A model generated the notes under the pieces. The model ran no database searches, was not told the origin of the DNA, and was given only the letters and a program-made list of their open reading frames with translations. Position numbers and translations under genes: made by a program. Positions 29,877 through 39,125 of a stretch of 64,000 bases of DNA are shown here, in pieces; within the stretch, counting starts at the first letter, position 1; each line of letters starts with the position of its first letter. Source of the DNA: an uncultured Chloroflexia bacterium (lineage in GTDB: Bacteria > Chloroflexota > Dehalococcoidia > DSTF01 > JALHUB01); assembly GCA_963726245.1 (NCBI GenBank), contig CAVSBT010000015.1, positions 32,001-96,000 on the forward strand, in the 5' to 3' direction.

Positions 29877-30575
29877 TCAGCCTTCCAGCGTGGCGCCGCA
29901 GCCGGTGCAGAAGCGCTGCTGCGGCTGCGCCTGCCTGCCGCAGCTCGGGCAGAAGCGCGATGGAGCGGCGGCGGGCGCAGGAGCGGCCGGAGCCGGTGGA
30001 GGCGCGGGTGCCGGCGTCACTGTCGCGGCAGGGGCCGAGGCAGGAGTATCGGCCTCGCGGCCCGTCTTGGCGACCCGAGGCAAAAGCGCCCGCCTGCTCA
30101 ACGATGGCTTGCACCTCAGACAGAACCTCTGCACTCGCGGACAGCCCTTCCAGCTCCCAGGCGATGACTGCGGATGACCTTCCTCAGTCCTCGTCAAGGC
30201 GGTAAGGAAGCTCTGTTTGTTGAGACCGTCCTCGTGCAATATGATCACGACGACTTCTGCCGGCTTCCCATCTGGTCGAGATGGGTGACATTCAACGAGA
30301 CCTGAACGGCTGGCGGCCACCCGCTCCAGCAGCATGGCGATCCGCTGCGGCCCCTCTGGGTCCGCGGCCATCTCCGGTTGAACGGGCAGATCGAAGGTGC
30401 AGGCCAGGAGGAGGCGGCTGGGCTGCTGGCCGGAGGCCCGCACGCTGACGCTGAGCGAAGGCTCGCCCGGGAGAGAGACGGTGCAGGCAAGGCCCGCCTC
30501 GTCGTCCTGTTCGACAACGACTGAGAGCGATTCCTCCTGGCACCAGCGCTCGATTCTGTCTCCGAGAACCGTCAT
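29877..30575 (-). CDS. Cassette gene B2: possible T3SS-chaperone/DUF2299-like domain + Pro/Ala linker + zinc ribbon; internal frameshifts
   Basis: Paralog of 31972..32651; LHEDGLNKQSFLTAL; ends RFCPSCG..QQRFCTGCGATLEG. Confidence 0.7.
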   Translation of the reverse strand: MTVLGDRIERWCQEESLSVVVEQDDEAGLACTVSLPGEPSLSVSVRASGQQPSRLLLACTFDLPVQPEMAADPEGPQRIAMLLERVAASRSGLVECHPSRPDGKPAEVVVIILHEDGLNKQSFLTALTRTEEGHPQSSPGSWKGCPRVQRFCLRCKPSLSRRALLPRVAKTGREADTPASAPAATVTPAPAPPPAPAAPAPAAAPSRFCPSCGRQAQPQQRFCTGCGATLEG

Positions 30576-30624
30576 CGCGTTCAGTGCTCCCTCGCCGGAC
30601 AAGGGCCTGTCTATATCCGGCGTG

Positions 30625-31864
30625 CTACTGGCCCTGACCGGTGCTTCTCGCTTCCTCGGCCGCATGCGTTCGCTGCGAACGGAGGTCGATCCACCCGTTT
30701 TGTGGTCGCTTCTCTAAGCGCATGTTTGCCTCGTCATAGGCGGCCCCTGTTGAGTCCAATTTCTACCCTGGACCCTGCCCTGCAGAGTGCCGCGTTGGCC
30801 TTCGTCTGCGACTAAGTGGCGTCCTTCAGCTCCGTCCATCCCTGGGCCGGCCCGACTAACGTGAGACCAGCGCACGGTGAGAGTCCCCGAAGCCCAGAAA
30901 CGTGAGTTGAGAGCGCCTGTCTTGACGCCAGCCCAAGCCGCCTCCGCTGCGGCTGCTGCCCCAGGGGCCCAGTCGTGTCGCGCTCGCGGCTGCATAAGCG
31001 CCGAGCGCGCTCGCAACCGCCGCCGCCCCGATGCAGATACCGGAGATGGCCCACTGCCGGCTTGGCGATGTCTGCGATTTGGAGGTTGGCCTGAGCTCTC
31101 GCGATTTGCTCCCCCAGGCGGGCCAGTTGCCAGTTTGCCCTCTCGGCCGCCATTTCCATGGCCCTGCGTCTCTGATAGAGCGACTCGCGGGCCTCCCGCG
31201 CTGCCTCCAGCTCACGCAGCGCCTCCTCGAACTGCCGGTCCAGGTCGCGCACGTGGCCCAGTGCGGCTCGAGAAGCCGGATTCGCTGAGATCCCGCTGCC
31301 CACGATGGTCGACCCGGCCAGGAGGGTCAGGGCGGCGCCACCCAGCAGTGCGCCCGTCGCAGCGAGATTGCCAGGGGATGCCCCTGACCCACCCGCAAGA
31401 AGCGCCTTGCTGGCATCGCGTATCGCCTTCTCTACCGGATTACCAGTCGAACCGCCGCTGCTTGCCGCACCACTGCCGCCCGTCACCGCGCCAGCGCTGC
31501 TCTCCTGCTGCTGAATTGCTCGTACTCCTCCGGCGTGAGGCACTTCTCAAGGAAGGCGAAGGACGTGTAGCCGGGGCAACCCGGAGGTCCTTTGCCGTCT
31601 GTCGTCTGCCGATGGTCGTAGACGCCAAGGTAGCCCTCGATGCAAAGACTGTCACCGACGTAGCCGATCTTCCCGTTCGCGCGGGAGGGTCTCGCGGTCC
31701 TGTACGCAGCAGATACCGGACATGCGCTCCCAGTGAAAGCCCGTCGGGCAGTTCTCCCTCGCCACCTGAGCCGACGATGAGTTCCCTGCGACGAGCCAAA
31801 GGAGGGCCGCCAGGGTGAAGCTCACACCTACTACGAACGTGGTCAGCAGCAGTCTCCGCAGCAT
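30625..31864 (-). CDS. Cassette gene A2: signal peptide, 6-Cys domain, TM, coiled coil/hydrophobic/coiled coil; frameshifted
   Basis: Paralog of 32697..33878 along its length: CPTGFHWERMSGICCVQD...SLCIEGY...PPGCPGYTSFAFLEKC; C-terminus reconstructed across frames to TAG at 30625. Confidence 0.7.
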
Positions 31865-31907
31865 GGCGCCGAGAGCATACCATCGCTGGACGCGAGCCGC
31901 CAGAGCG
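31770..31907. repeat. Direct repeat (about 138 bp) of 33784..33921 covering promoter and signal peptide of gene A
   Basis: About 6 mismatches by eye; contains TGgTATGCT 9 nt before the ATG on the minus strand. Confidence 0.9.
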
Positions 31908-31914
31908 GGCACCG

Positions 31915-31967
31915 GTTGCGACCGAGGCGGCCCCGCCGGTGGCGACAACCCGATAGAAGGCGTCCGT
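31915..31967 (-). pseudogene. 5' remnant of cassette gene C with ATG changed to ACG
   Basis: acggacgccttctatcgggttgtcgccaccggcggggccgcc versus atggacgacttctatcggggtgttgccatcgcaggggcggcc at 29872. Confidence 0.7.
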
Positions 31968-31971
31968 ACCT

Positions 31972-32651
31972 TCAGCCTTCCAGCGTCGCGCCGCAGCCGG
32001 TGCAGAAGCGTTGCTGGGGCTTGCTCTGCTTCCCGCAGCTCGGGCAGAAGCGCGATTCGGCGGCGGAAGCGGGTGCGGGACCGGCCGGGGCGGGTGGAGC
32101 CGCGGGGCGGCGCTGGCTGCGCTTCCACAGGCGCAGCAGCAGCCTGCGCCAAATCCGAGGCGAAAGCGCCGGTCTCCTCCGCAAGCGCTCGCACGCCAGA
32201 CACGATGTCTGCGGCCACAGATATCCCTCAATCTCCCACCCAATCACACGGACAACCTTCCTCACCTCCTCGAGCGCGGTGAGGAGGTTCTGTTTGCTGA
32301 CCCCGTCCGCGTGCAGCGTGACCGCCACCTCCGCCGCCAACTTGCCCCTTGTGCCACTGGGCGACACTCAACGAGTGCCGAGCGGCTGGCCGCCACCCGC
32401 TCCAGAAGTGCTGCTATCCGTTGTGGTCCCTCCGGGTCAGCGGCCATTTCAGCCGACAGAGACAGCTCAAAGTTGCACCCCAGCACGACCCGGGCTGGTT
32501 GGGGACCGGTGGCGTGCACTGCGATAGAGAGTGGAGGATCGCCCGAAAGGGAGACAACGCAGGCTAGAGCACTTTCCTCGTCCCGTTCAACCACGACCGA
32601 CAGGGATTCCTCCTGACTCCAGCGGCTGATGCTGTCACCCAGGAGCGTCAT
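31972..32651 (-). CDS. Cassette gene B1: possible chaperone-like domain + zinc ribbon; frameshifted
   Basis: MTLLGDSISRWSQEESLSVVVE...EMAADPEGPQRIA.LLERVAASRS.LVEC...LHADGVSKQNLLTALEEVRK...RFCPSCG..QQRFCTGCGATLEG. Confidence 0.72.
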
Positions 32652-32696
32652 CGTCGCTAATCCTTTCCGGCAGAGGGGCCTAGCCCGCCCGACCTT

Positions 32697-33878
32697 CTAC
32701 GCGCCTTCGCGGGCCCGCTGCAGTTCTTCGTTCACTTGCACCTGTTGTGAGCGAATCTCATTTACGCGGGCCAGGGCTTCATCTTGCCGCCTGGTGGCCT
32801 CTTCGTATTCGGCGGGGATCCGGTTCAGCTCACCGCGAATCTGGCTCTGGAGCTGCGCAGTTCTCGCCTTGGCATCCGAGAAACCGTCCCCTATATTCTT
32901 CCATACGTCAGACTGGATGCTCCTCAAGCCCCCAGCCACGGCCGCCGCCAAGGCGGCGCAGAGCCGAAGAGCAGCCGATCTGATTGACAGTGCGGTAACC
33001 TCCATTGCCTTCGCTTCCAGACCCAGGCCCGCCAGAACGCCTATTTGAGGGATAATCGCCGGCGCGGCCAAAAGCCCTGCCAGCCCTGCCAACGCGGCGC
33101 TGATGGAGAACATCGCTCTACTCGTGTTCAGGCTCCCACGGTAGGCCTCAATTCGGGCCATTATGCCGTCCAGGCGTGTCTGCTGCGACTGGAACGCGCC
33201 AGCCAATGCCTCCAGCACTTTGCGTTCCTGCTCGAGTGCTTCGCGGTCCTGATGCGCTTTGTCCAGGGCTTGCGCCGCATCCGAGTACTGGCGGTCCAAC
33301 GCCGCAAGGCGCTCCGTCAGCTGCTTGATTCGCGCATTCGCCGCGCCGGGGCCCGATAGGCGGCCGCGCGCCAGCGCCGCCGCGCCTGCCGCTGCGCCCA
33401 TGGTTCCCGTTATGGCGCCCGCCGTCGCCAGGTCCCGATTCGAGGGTCCCCCACCGCCCTCATAGACCGCCTCGCTGGCGTCCCGTATGACGCCACCGCC
33501 GCCGAGGGTGCTCCCTCCGGGCACGGCGGCGTCTGCACCACCGTTCTTCTTAGTGCATTCCGTGAGAAAAGCAAAGGAGGTGTAATTGGGGCAGCCCGGA
33601 GGGCCCTTGCCATCTGTCGTCGGCCGGTGTACGTAGACTCCCGCATAACCGTCGTCGCAGAGGCTGTTGCCGGTGTAGCCGATGTGCCCAAATCGGGGAA
33701 TGGTGTCCTCATCCTGCACGCAACATTGCCCGGACATGCGCTCCCAGTGGAAGTCTGCCGGGCAGTTCTTCTTCTCCACCTGGGCCGACGATGAGTTCCC
33801 TGCGACGAGCCAAAGGAGGGTCGCCAGGGTGAAGCTCACACCTACTACGAACGTGGTCAGCAGCAGCCTTCGGAGCAT
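32697..33878 (-). CDS. Cassette gene A1: signal peptide, 6-Cys domain, Gly linker, TM, coiled coil, hydrophobic hairpin, coiled coil
   Basis: Intact 393-aa ORF; architecture read from residue composition. Confidence 0.8.
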   Translation of the reverse strand: MLRRLLLTTFVVGVSFTLATLLWLVAGNSSSAQVEKKNCPADFHWERMSGQCCVQDEDTIPRFGHIGYTGNSLCDDGYAGVYVHRPTTDGKGPPGCPNYTSFAFLTECTKKNGGADAAVPGGSTLGGGGVIRDASEAVYEGGGGPSNRDLATAGAITGTMGAAAGAAALARGRLSGPGAANARIKQLTERLAALDRQYSDAAQALDKAHQDREALEQERKVLEALAGAFQSQQTRLDGIMARIEAYRGSLNTSRAMFSISAALAGLAGLLAAPAIIPQIGVLAGLGLEAKAMEVTALSIRSAALRLCAALAAAVAGGLRSIQSDVWKNIGDGFSDAKARTAQLQSQIRGELNRIPAEYEEATRRQDEALARVNEIRSQQVQVNEELQRAREGA

Positions 33879-34019
33879 GGCGTCGAGAGCATACCATCGC
33901 CGGACGCGAGCCGCCAGAGCGAATACGGATCGAGAACGTCGCAGTGCATCTGCAATGTGTGTTGCACGTTGCGGGCCGGTCGCCCATCATGCTGGCGAGA
34001 GTCTGACAGGAGAACGGCC

Positions 34020-34784
34020 ATGCCGTACTGCCCCAACTGCGGCTCCGAGACCGAAGCCGGCGCTGCCTTCTGCGGCTCCTGCGGTGCGCAACTGGAGGGT
34101 GAAGCGCCGCCACCTCCGCCTAGCCCTCCGGCACGTCAGGGATCACGGTGGGCTGGCTTTGCCGGGCTGCTTGCCTTGATATTGCTGGTGGCGGGCGGGG
34201 TCGCCCTCTACGATCAGGTTGGCCGGGACGGAGAGTGGCGTCATCGCCTGTTCGGCGGCGAGGAAGACCAGAGAGTCGTGGCAGGGCCGTCTCCCACGAT
34301 GTCGGCTGCCCCCACGCCCACGGCCGCCGTGCCGTCGCCCACTGCATCGGCGCTTCCCGAGCCCACCAGGGCCCCCGCTCCCACCGCGACCGCCAGGCCC
34401 ACCACGCCCCCTGAGCCCCCGCCGCGACCCACGCCCACGACACCCTCCGAGGCCACACCCACCGCCGTTCAGGCGCCAACCGCCGTCCCGCCTGCCCCAG
34501 GCTACACCACCCCGGAGGAGGCCATTGGCGCCTATCTCGAGCAGTACGGGGTGTCCTATGCCGGTGATTGCGCGTCAGCCGACCTGCAAACGGACGTTGG
34601 GTCTTTCTGCTCCACCATGTGGGAGAAGACGGACACAGGCCTCGTATACCTTGCCGGCCTGGCGTTCTCGGAGCCCGAGTCCTGGTTGCTGCTGGCCGAC
34701 CAGGGCGGAGGTAGCGGCTGGCTGGTCGTGGATCAAGCCGAGGTTGTGCCTGGACCCCAAGGCCTCGTGTCGCCCTGGCCCTGA
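34020..34784 (+). CDS. Gene D: N-terminal zinc ribbon, single TM, Pro/Thr linker, extracellular 2-Cys domain
   Basis: AGGAGA RBS; MPYCPNCG......FCGSCG; FAGLLALILLVAGGVALY; PT-rich stretch; YAGDC...GSFCS. Confidence 0.8.
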   Translation: MPYCPNCGSETEAGAAFCGSCGAQLEGEAPPPPPSPPARQGSRWAGFAGLLALILLVAGGVALYDQVGRDGEWRHRLFGGEEDQRVVAGPSPTMSAAPTPTAAVPSPTASALPEPTRAPAPTATARPTTPPEPPPRPTPTTPSEATPTAVQAPTAVPPAPGYTTPEEAIGAYLEQYGVSYAGDCASADLQTDVGSFCSTMWEKTDTGLVYLAGLAFSEPESWLLLADQGGGSGWLVVDQAEVVPGPQGLVSPWP

Positions 34785-35033
34785 ACACCAGAGGTTGCTG
34801 GGCGCCCCAGCGTAGACTGCTTCTGGCATCACCCTCAAGATGCCCCGCCTCCCCTGGCGGGTCGCAGATTCCCCAAGGCTGGCAGTTCCTCGATATTGAT
34901 CGCGCCCTGTGAGTTGACGCCCCTGGGGGCGAGCGGTAAGCTTGATTTATAGCATGCAATGCATCCCGCTCGTACAGGGCTGCTCGCGGTCGCTGTCTGA
35001 TTCTCACCCGCAGATACGCAGAGAGACGACAAC

Positions 35034-36113
35034 ATGAAATCAGGGAATGGTACCCAGCACGGGATCAAAGAAAGGGTGGCTGGCTCCGGACAGGTTCTGG
35101 ACCGCCCGTCACACGATGTGGCCGGCCAGCACTCAGAGAGCGCTCGTAGCGTGGCGGCGCCCAACGCGGCCGAACCAGCCGCCATCCGGACACATGGTCT
35201 GGTGAAGCGCTACCCGCCGGACACATTGGCCGTCGACGGGCTTGATCTCGAGGTCGGGCGCGGAGAGTTCTTCGGGCTCCTCGGGCCCAACGGAGCAGGC
35301 AAGACGACGACCATCGGCATGCTTACCACCAGGGTCATCCCCACGAGCGGCGAGGCGGCAGTGGCTGGGCTCGACGTTCGGACCCACGCCGTGGACGTCA
35401 AGCGGATGATCGGGGTCGTGACACAGGATAACACGCTTGACAGGCGTCTGACGGCCTGGGAGAACCTGTACTACCACGGCCGGTACTTCGGGCTCAGCCG
35501 CTCTGTAGCCCGCGATGAGGCCGAGCGGTCGCTCCGCATGGTTCGCTTGGAGGACCGGGCACGCTACTTCGTCGACCAGCTTTCGGGTGGCATGCAGCAG
35601 CGATTGCTCATCGGGCGGGCGCTGGTTCACCGGCCGCAGGTGCTGTTCCTGGACGAGCCAACAGCAGGGATCGATCCGCAGGGGCGTCTGGCGCTCTGGG
35701 AGATCCTGCAGGGCCTTCACAATGACGGGCAGACAATACTGCTCACAACCCACTACATGGAGGAAGCCGACGAGCTCTGTCAGCGCGTAGCGATCATGGA
35801 TCACGGACGAATTCTCGCGATGGGTTCCCCGGAGGAGTTGAGGCGTTCGGTCGGAGCGGAGACGGTCCTGAGCTTTCAGTTTGAGCCGGTAACGGATCAC
35901 TTGGTGGCGACGCTGGAAGCTCTCCCGGGTGTGAAGGGATTGGAGAGCGGATCAGGCGGACTGAGGGTGTATGCCGACGGTAACCACGGGCTGTTACCGC
36001 AAGTGGTCCAGACAATCCTGGCCGAGGGCGTGACGCTGCGGGACGTGTCTGTCAGTACGCCAACCCTGGAAACCGTGTTCATAAAGCTGACCGGAAGGGA
36101 GCTGCGGGAATGA
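35034..36113 (+). CDS. ABC transporter ATP-binding subunit (DrrA/NodI-like); start uncertain
   Basis: GPNGAGKTT, LSGGMQQR, LFLDEPT, LLTTHYMEEA, C-terminal TLETVFIKLTG. Confidence 0.93.
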   Translation: MKSGNGTQHGIKERVAGSGQVLDRPSHDVAGQHSESARSVAAPNAAEPAAIRTHGLVKRYPPDTLAVDGLDLEVGRGEFFGLLGPNGAGKTTTIGMLTTRVIPTSGEAAVAGLDVRTHAVDVKRMIGVVTQDNTLDRRLTAWENLYYHGRYFGLSRSVARDEAERSLRMVRLEDRARYFVDQLSGGMQQRLLIGRALVHRPQVLFLDEPTAGIDPQGRLALWEILQGLHNDGQTILLTTHYMEEADELCQRVAIMDHGRILAMGSPEELRRSVGAETVLSFQFEPVTDHLVATLEALPGVKGLESGSGGLRVYADGNHGLLPQVVQTILAEGVTLRDVSVSTPTLETVFIKLTGRELRE

Positions 36114-36934
36114 CGGCAGAGGCTACAGCAGTTGCGCTGCCGCTCCAGCGGCGTCGACCTTGGTTGGCATGGGCGCAGACGTTCTTCGCCCTCATGGAGC
36201 GAGACGCGCGGGTGTTGCGGCGCGACATTGTTCCCTTCCTCTTGAGGACAGTGATGCAGCCGCTGATGTTTGTCTTCGTCTTCGCATACCTCCTTCCCAA
36301 GATTGGGGAAGGGTCAAGCTCGTTCGGCAACATCCTGGTTCCCGGCCTCATCGCTTCCGCTCTCTTTTTCCAGGGCATCCAGGCTGTTGCCCTCCCTTTG
36401 GTGCAGGAGTTCAGTCAAACCAAGGAGATCGAGGACCGGGTAATGGCGCCCCTTCCGGTGGCGGGGGTGGCTATAGAGAAGATCTTCTTCGCATTACTGC
36501 AGGCGCTGCTTTCGGCGCTGGTGGTGTTCCCGCTCGTGTACATTATTCCGCTGCAGAGGCCCGACCTTCATGTCGACCCCGTCGTTCTCGTGACCGTGCT
36601 GCCTCTAGCCGCGCTCGTCTCCGCATCGCTTGGGCTCCTCATCGGAACCGTGGCTGGTCCGCGTCAAATCCCGCTCGTGTTCTCGGTAATCGTTCTGCCC
36701 GTAGTCTTCCTGGGCGCGGTCTACTACCCTTGGTCGCAACTTGAATCCCTCCGCTGGCTCCAGGTGCTCATCCTGCTCAACCCGCTCGTGTACATGAGCG
36801 AGGGGCTTCGGGGAGCGCTCACCCCCCAATACGGGCACATGAACTACTTGGCGGTGTACCTCGGGCTGATGGTCGGTGCTGCTGTCTGCACCTACCTCAG
36901 TGTCCGGCGCTTCATCAACCGCGTGCAGTCCTGA
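36110..36934 (+). CDS. ABC-2 type permease
   Basis: Six hydrophobic segments, LNPLVYMSEGLR; ATGA overlap with the ATPase. Confidence 0.9.
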   Translation: MTAEATAVALPLQRRRPWLAWAQTFFALMERDARVLRRDIVPFLLRTVMQPLMFVFVFAYLLPKIGEGSSSFGNILVPGLIASALFFQGIQAVALPLVQEFSQTKEIEDRVMAPLPVAGVAIEKIFFALLQALLSALVVFPLVYIIPLQRPDLHVDPVVLVTVLPLAALVSASLGLLIGTVAGPRQIPLVFSVIVLPVVFLGAVYYPWSQLESLRWLQVLILLNPLVYMSEGLRGALTPQYGHMNYLAVYLGLMVGAAVCTYLSVRRFINRVQS

Positions 36935-36966
36935 CTTCGGTAGATCCCGCGCGAGCCACGACTCGG

Positions 36967-37695
36967 TTAACGCAGGCCTTTCATCCACTCGTGGGCAAAC
37001 TGCTCCGGTTGCCCGGTTGTTACCGCTTCCAGCACCCTTTCAGCCATGAACTCGGCTGAATCAGGGGGTCGAAGAGCGCTATCTCCTCCCTCTTCGTATT
37101 GGGTGTCAGGGCCGTCTTTGATTGTTCTCTCTTCAAAATCAGTCAGTGTCATGTACGGGTACACGACGCTCACCACAATGTTGTCTTCCTGCAGTTCTTC
37201 GCGGGCAATGAGGCTAAGCGCATTTAGCGCGCGCTTTACAGAGGAGTATGGGCTCATATTCGGCAGGTGCATGAGTGATGCGCCAGAGCTGATGTTCACA
37301 ATCGTGCCACCGCCCTGCTTTCTCATTGCTGGGATGACAGCCTGCATGGCAACTAACGGTCCGACGACATCCAGTTCGAAAAGCCGGCGGTACTTGACGA
37401 TGTCTATATACTCCAGAGGCGCATCATATCCTTGGCCGGCGCAATTAACGAGAATATCAACGCGGCCGTAGTGCTTAAGCACTTCCCCCACCATCTTCTT
37501 GATGTCCTTCTCTTGACTCATGTCGGCCGGAGCTACAAAGGAGTTCGGAAGCTCTCTCGAGAGCTCGATGAGCTTGTCGACTGATCGCGCCACCAGAGCC
37601 ACCCTGGCGCCGCGTTGCGTCAAGAGTCTGGCGGTTGCGAGACCAATGCCGGACGAGGCTCCGGTAACTATCGCGACTTTGTCTTTGACAATCAT
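36967..37695 (-). CDS. Short-chain dehydrogenase/reductase, low GC
   Basis: VTGASSGIG, DILVNCAG, IVNISS, YSSVK catalytic motif. Confidence 0.92.
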   Translation of the reverse strand: MIVKDKVAIVTGASSGIGLATARLLTQRGARVALVARSVDKLIELSRELPNSFVAPADMSQEKDIKKMVGEVLKHYGRVDILVNCAGQGYDAPLEYIDIVKYRRLFELDVVGPLVAMQAVIPAMRKQGGGTIVNISSGASLMHLPNMSPYSSVKRALNALSLIAREELQEDNIVVSVVYPYMTLTDFEERTIKDGPDTQYEEGGDSALRPPDSAEFMAERVLEAVTTGQPEQFAHEWMKGLR

Positions 37696-37794
37696 ACAAA
37701 ACACCACCACAGAAAGTTCGAATCAGATTCTCGATTCGGTGGCCTCACGATCCGCGAGGATAATACATCAACGCCTCTAGCGAGAAACAGCATG

Positions 37795-37855
37795 AAAGAA
37801 AAGCGACCCGCCCCGCGGCAAACGTCATCTCCCCAACCGCTTGCCGGGGGCGGGC
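37795..37855 (-). terminator. Intrinsic terminator of the dcw/ftsZ transcript
   Basis: Minus strand gcccgcccccggcaagcg...cgtttgccgcggggcgggt then cgcttttcttt. Confidence 0.7.
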
Positions 37856-37965
37856 CTGAGCGACCCCTCTTCTGGAAGGGTGCTATCCCGGTCCGTCCGG
37901 GGTCAATTTGACTGCTCGGCTAGACAGACACCTCCTCTCTTTGGCTTCTTCATGGCACACCTTCC

Positions 37966-39032
37966 TCAGCGCGCCGCGACCGTGCGGCGCAAGAAGGTGG
38001 GCAGCTCGGTGTCGGCCACAGCGGCCATGGCTTCGGGCCGGATGGTGCGGAAGCGTTCCTCTTGCGCCTCCCGCATCTCGTGCGTCACGAAGCCGGTGGC
38101 GATGACGGTCACCTTCACCTCGTCGCCCAGGTCGGGGTCGGTGGCGGTGCCGAAGATGATCTCCGCGTCCGGGTCCACGATCTCGGCGATGACCTGGGCC
38201 GCCATGTTCAGCTCGTGGAGGCCCAGGTTGCGGGCGCCGGTGATGTTGAAGAGAACGCCTCGGGCGCCGGCGATGCTGACATCCAGCAGCGGGCTGCTGA
38301 TCGCCGCCTTGGTGGCCTCGACGGCCCGGTTCTCGCCGCTGGCCCGGCCGATGGCCAGCAGGGCCTGGCCCGCCTCGCTCATGATCTTGCGCACGTCGGC
38401 GAAGTCCAGGTTGATCTCGCCGGGCAGCGTGATGATCTCGGCGATGCCCTGGATGCCCTGGCGAAGGACGTCGTCGGCGGTGCGGAACGCCTCGTCCAGC
38501 GTCGTCTTGACGTCGCAAACGGCGAGGAGGCGGTCGTTGGGGATGACGATAAGCGTATCGACCTTGCTGCGGAGCTGGTTGATGCCCTCCTCGGCCTGGT
38601 GGCGGCGCTTCGAGCCTTCGAAGCCAAAGGGCTTGGTGACGACGCCGATGGTGAGGGCGCCCGTCTCCCGGGCTATCTCGGCCACGACGGGTGCGGCGCC
38701 GGTGCCGGTGCCGCCGCCCATTCCGGCCGTAACGAAGACCATCTCCGCGCCGCGAGATGGCGTCGTAGATCTCGTCGCGGCTCTCCTCGGCGGCGCGCTG
38801 CCCCTTGCCGGGGTCGCCGCCTGCCCCGAGACCCTTCGTCAGCTTCTCGCCGATGCGGATGCGCACGTGCGCCTCGGCGCCGGCCAGGGCCTGGGCGTCG
38901 GAGTTCACGGCCACGAGTTGGACGCCCGGCGCCCGTTCGCCCATCATGCGCGTTAACAGCGTTGCAGCCGCCGCCACCGACGCCGACCACCTTGATGGGT
39001 GGGAGTCCCTCCAGGTTCGATTTAGCGGTCAA
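37966..39032 (-). CDS. ftsZ: Cell division protein FtsZ, frameshifts near 38955 and 38750
   Basis: [51 protein letters not shown]-terminal ELPTFLRR; AGGAGG RBS before TTG. Confidence 0.97.
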
Positions 39033-39125
39033 ATGTGTCCTCCTTTCCCCCTCATTTGTGTTCTCTTGCGGCAAGCCTGCTGCCATCACCTCCCCCTGGT
39101 CCGCCCGTCGGCGGACGGGCTGCCC

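Larger units (their letters stand above)
27529..37790. mobile_element. Decayed tRNA-Asp-associated genomic island; boundaries approximate
   Basis: Starts at the tRNA 3' end with the recombinase-like relic, carries accessory genes of mixed GC, ends at the ftsZ terminator. Confidence 0.5.

Noticed and set aside
29830-33921. Diversity-generating retroelement template/variable repeat pair
   Set aside because: Mismatches between the copies are not adenine-specific and no reverse transcriptase is present
34300-34500. Repetitive ccc/acc-rich DNA in gene D
   Set aside because: Explained by a Pro/Thr/Ala linker; no fixed nucleotide period
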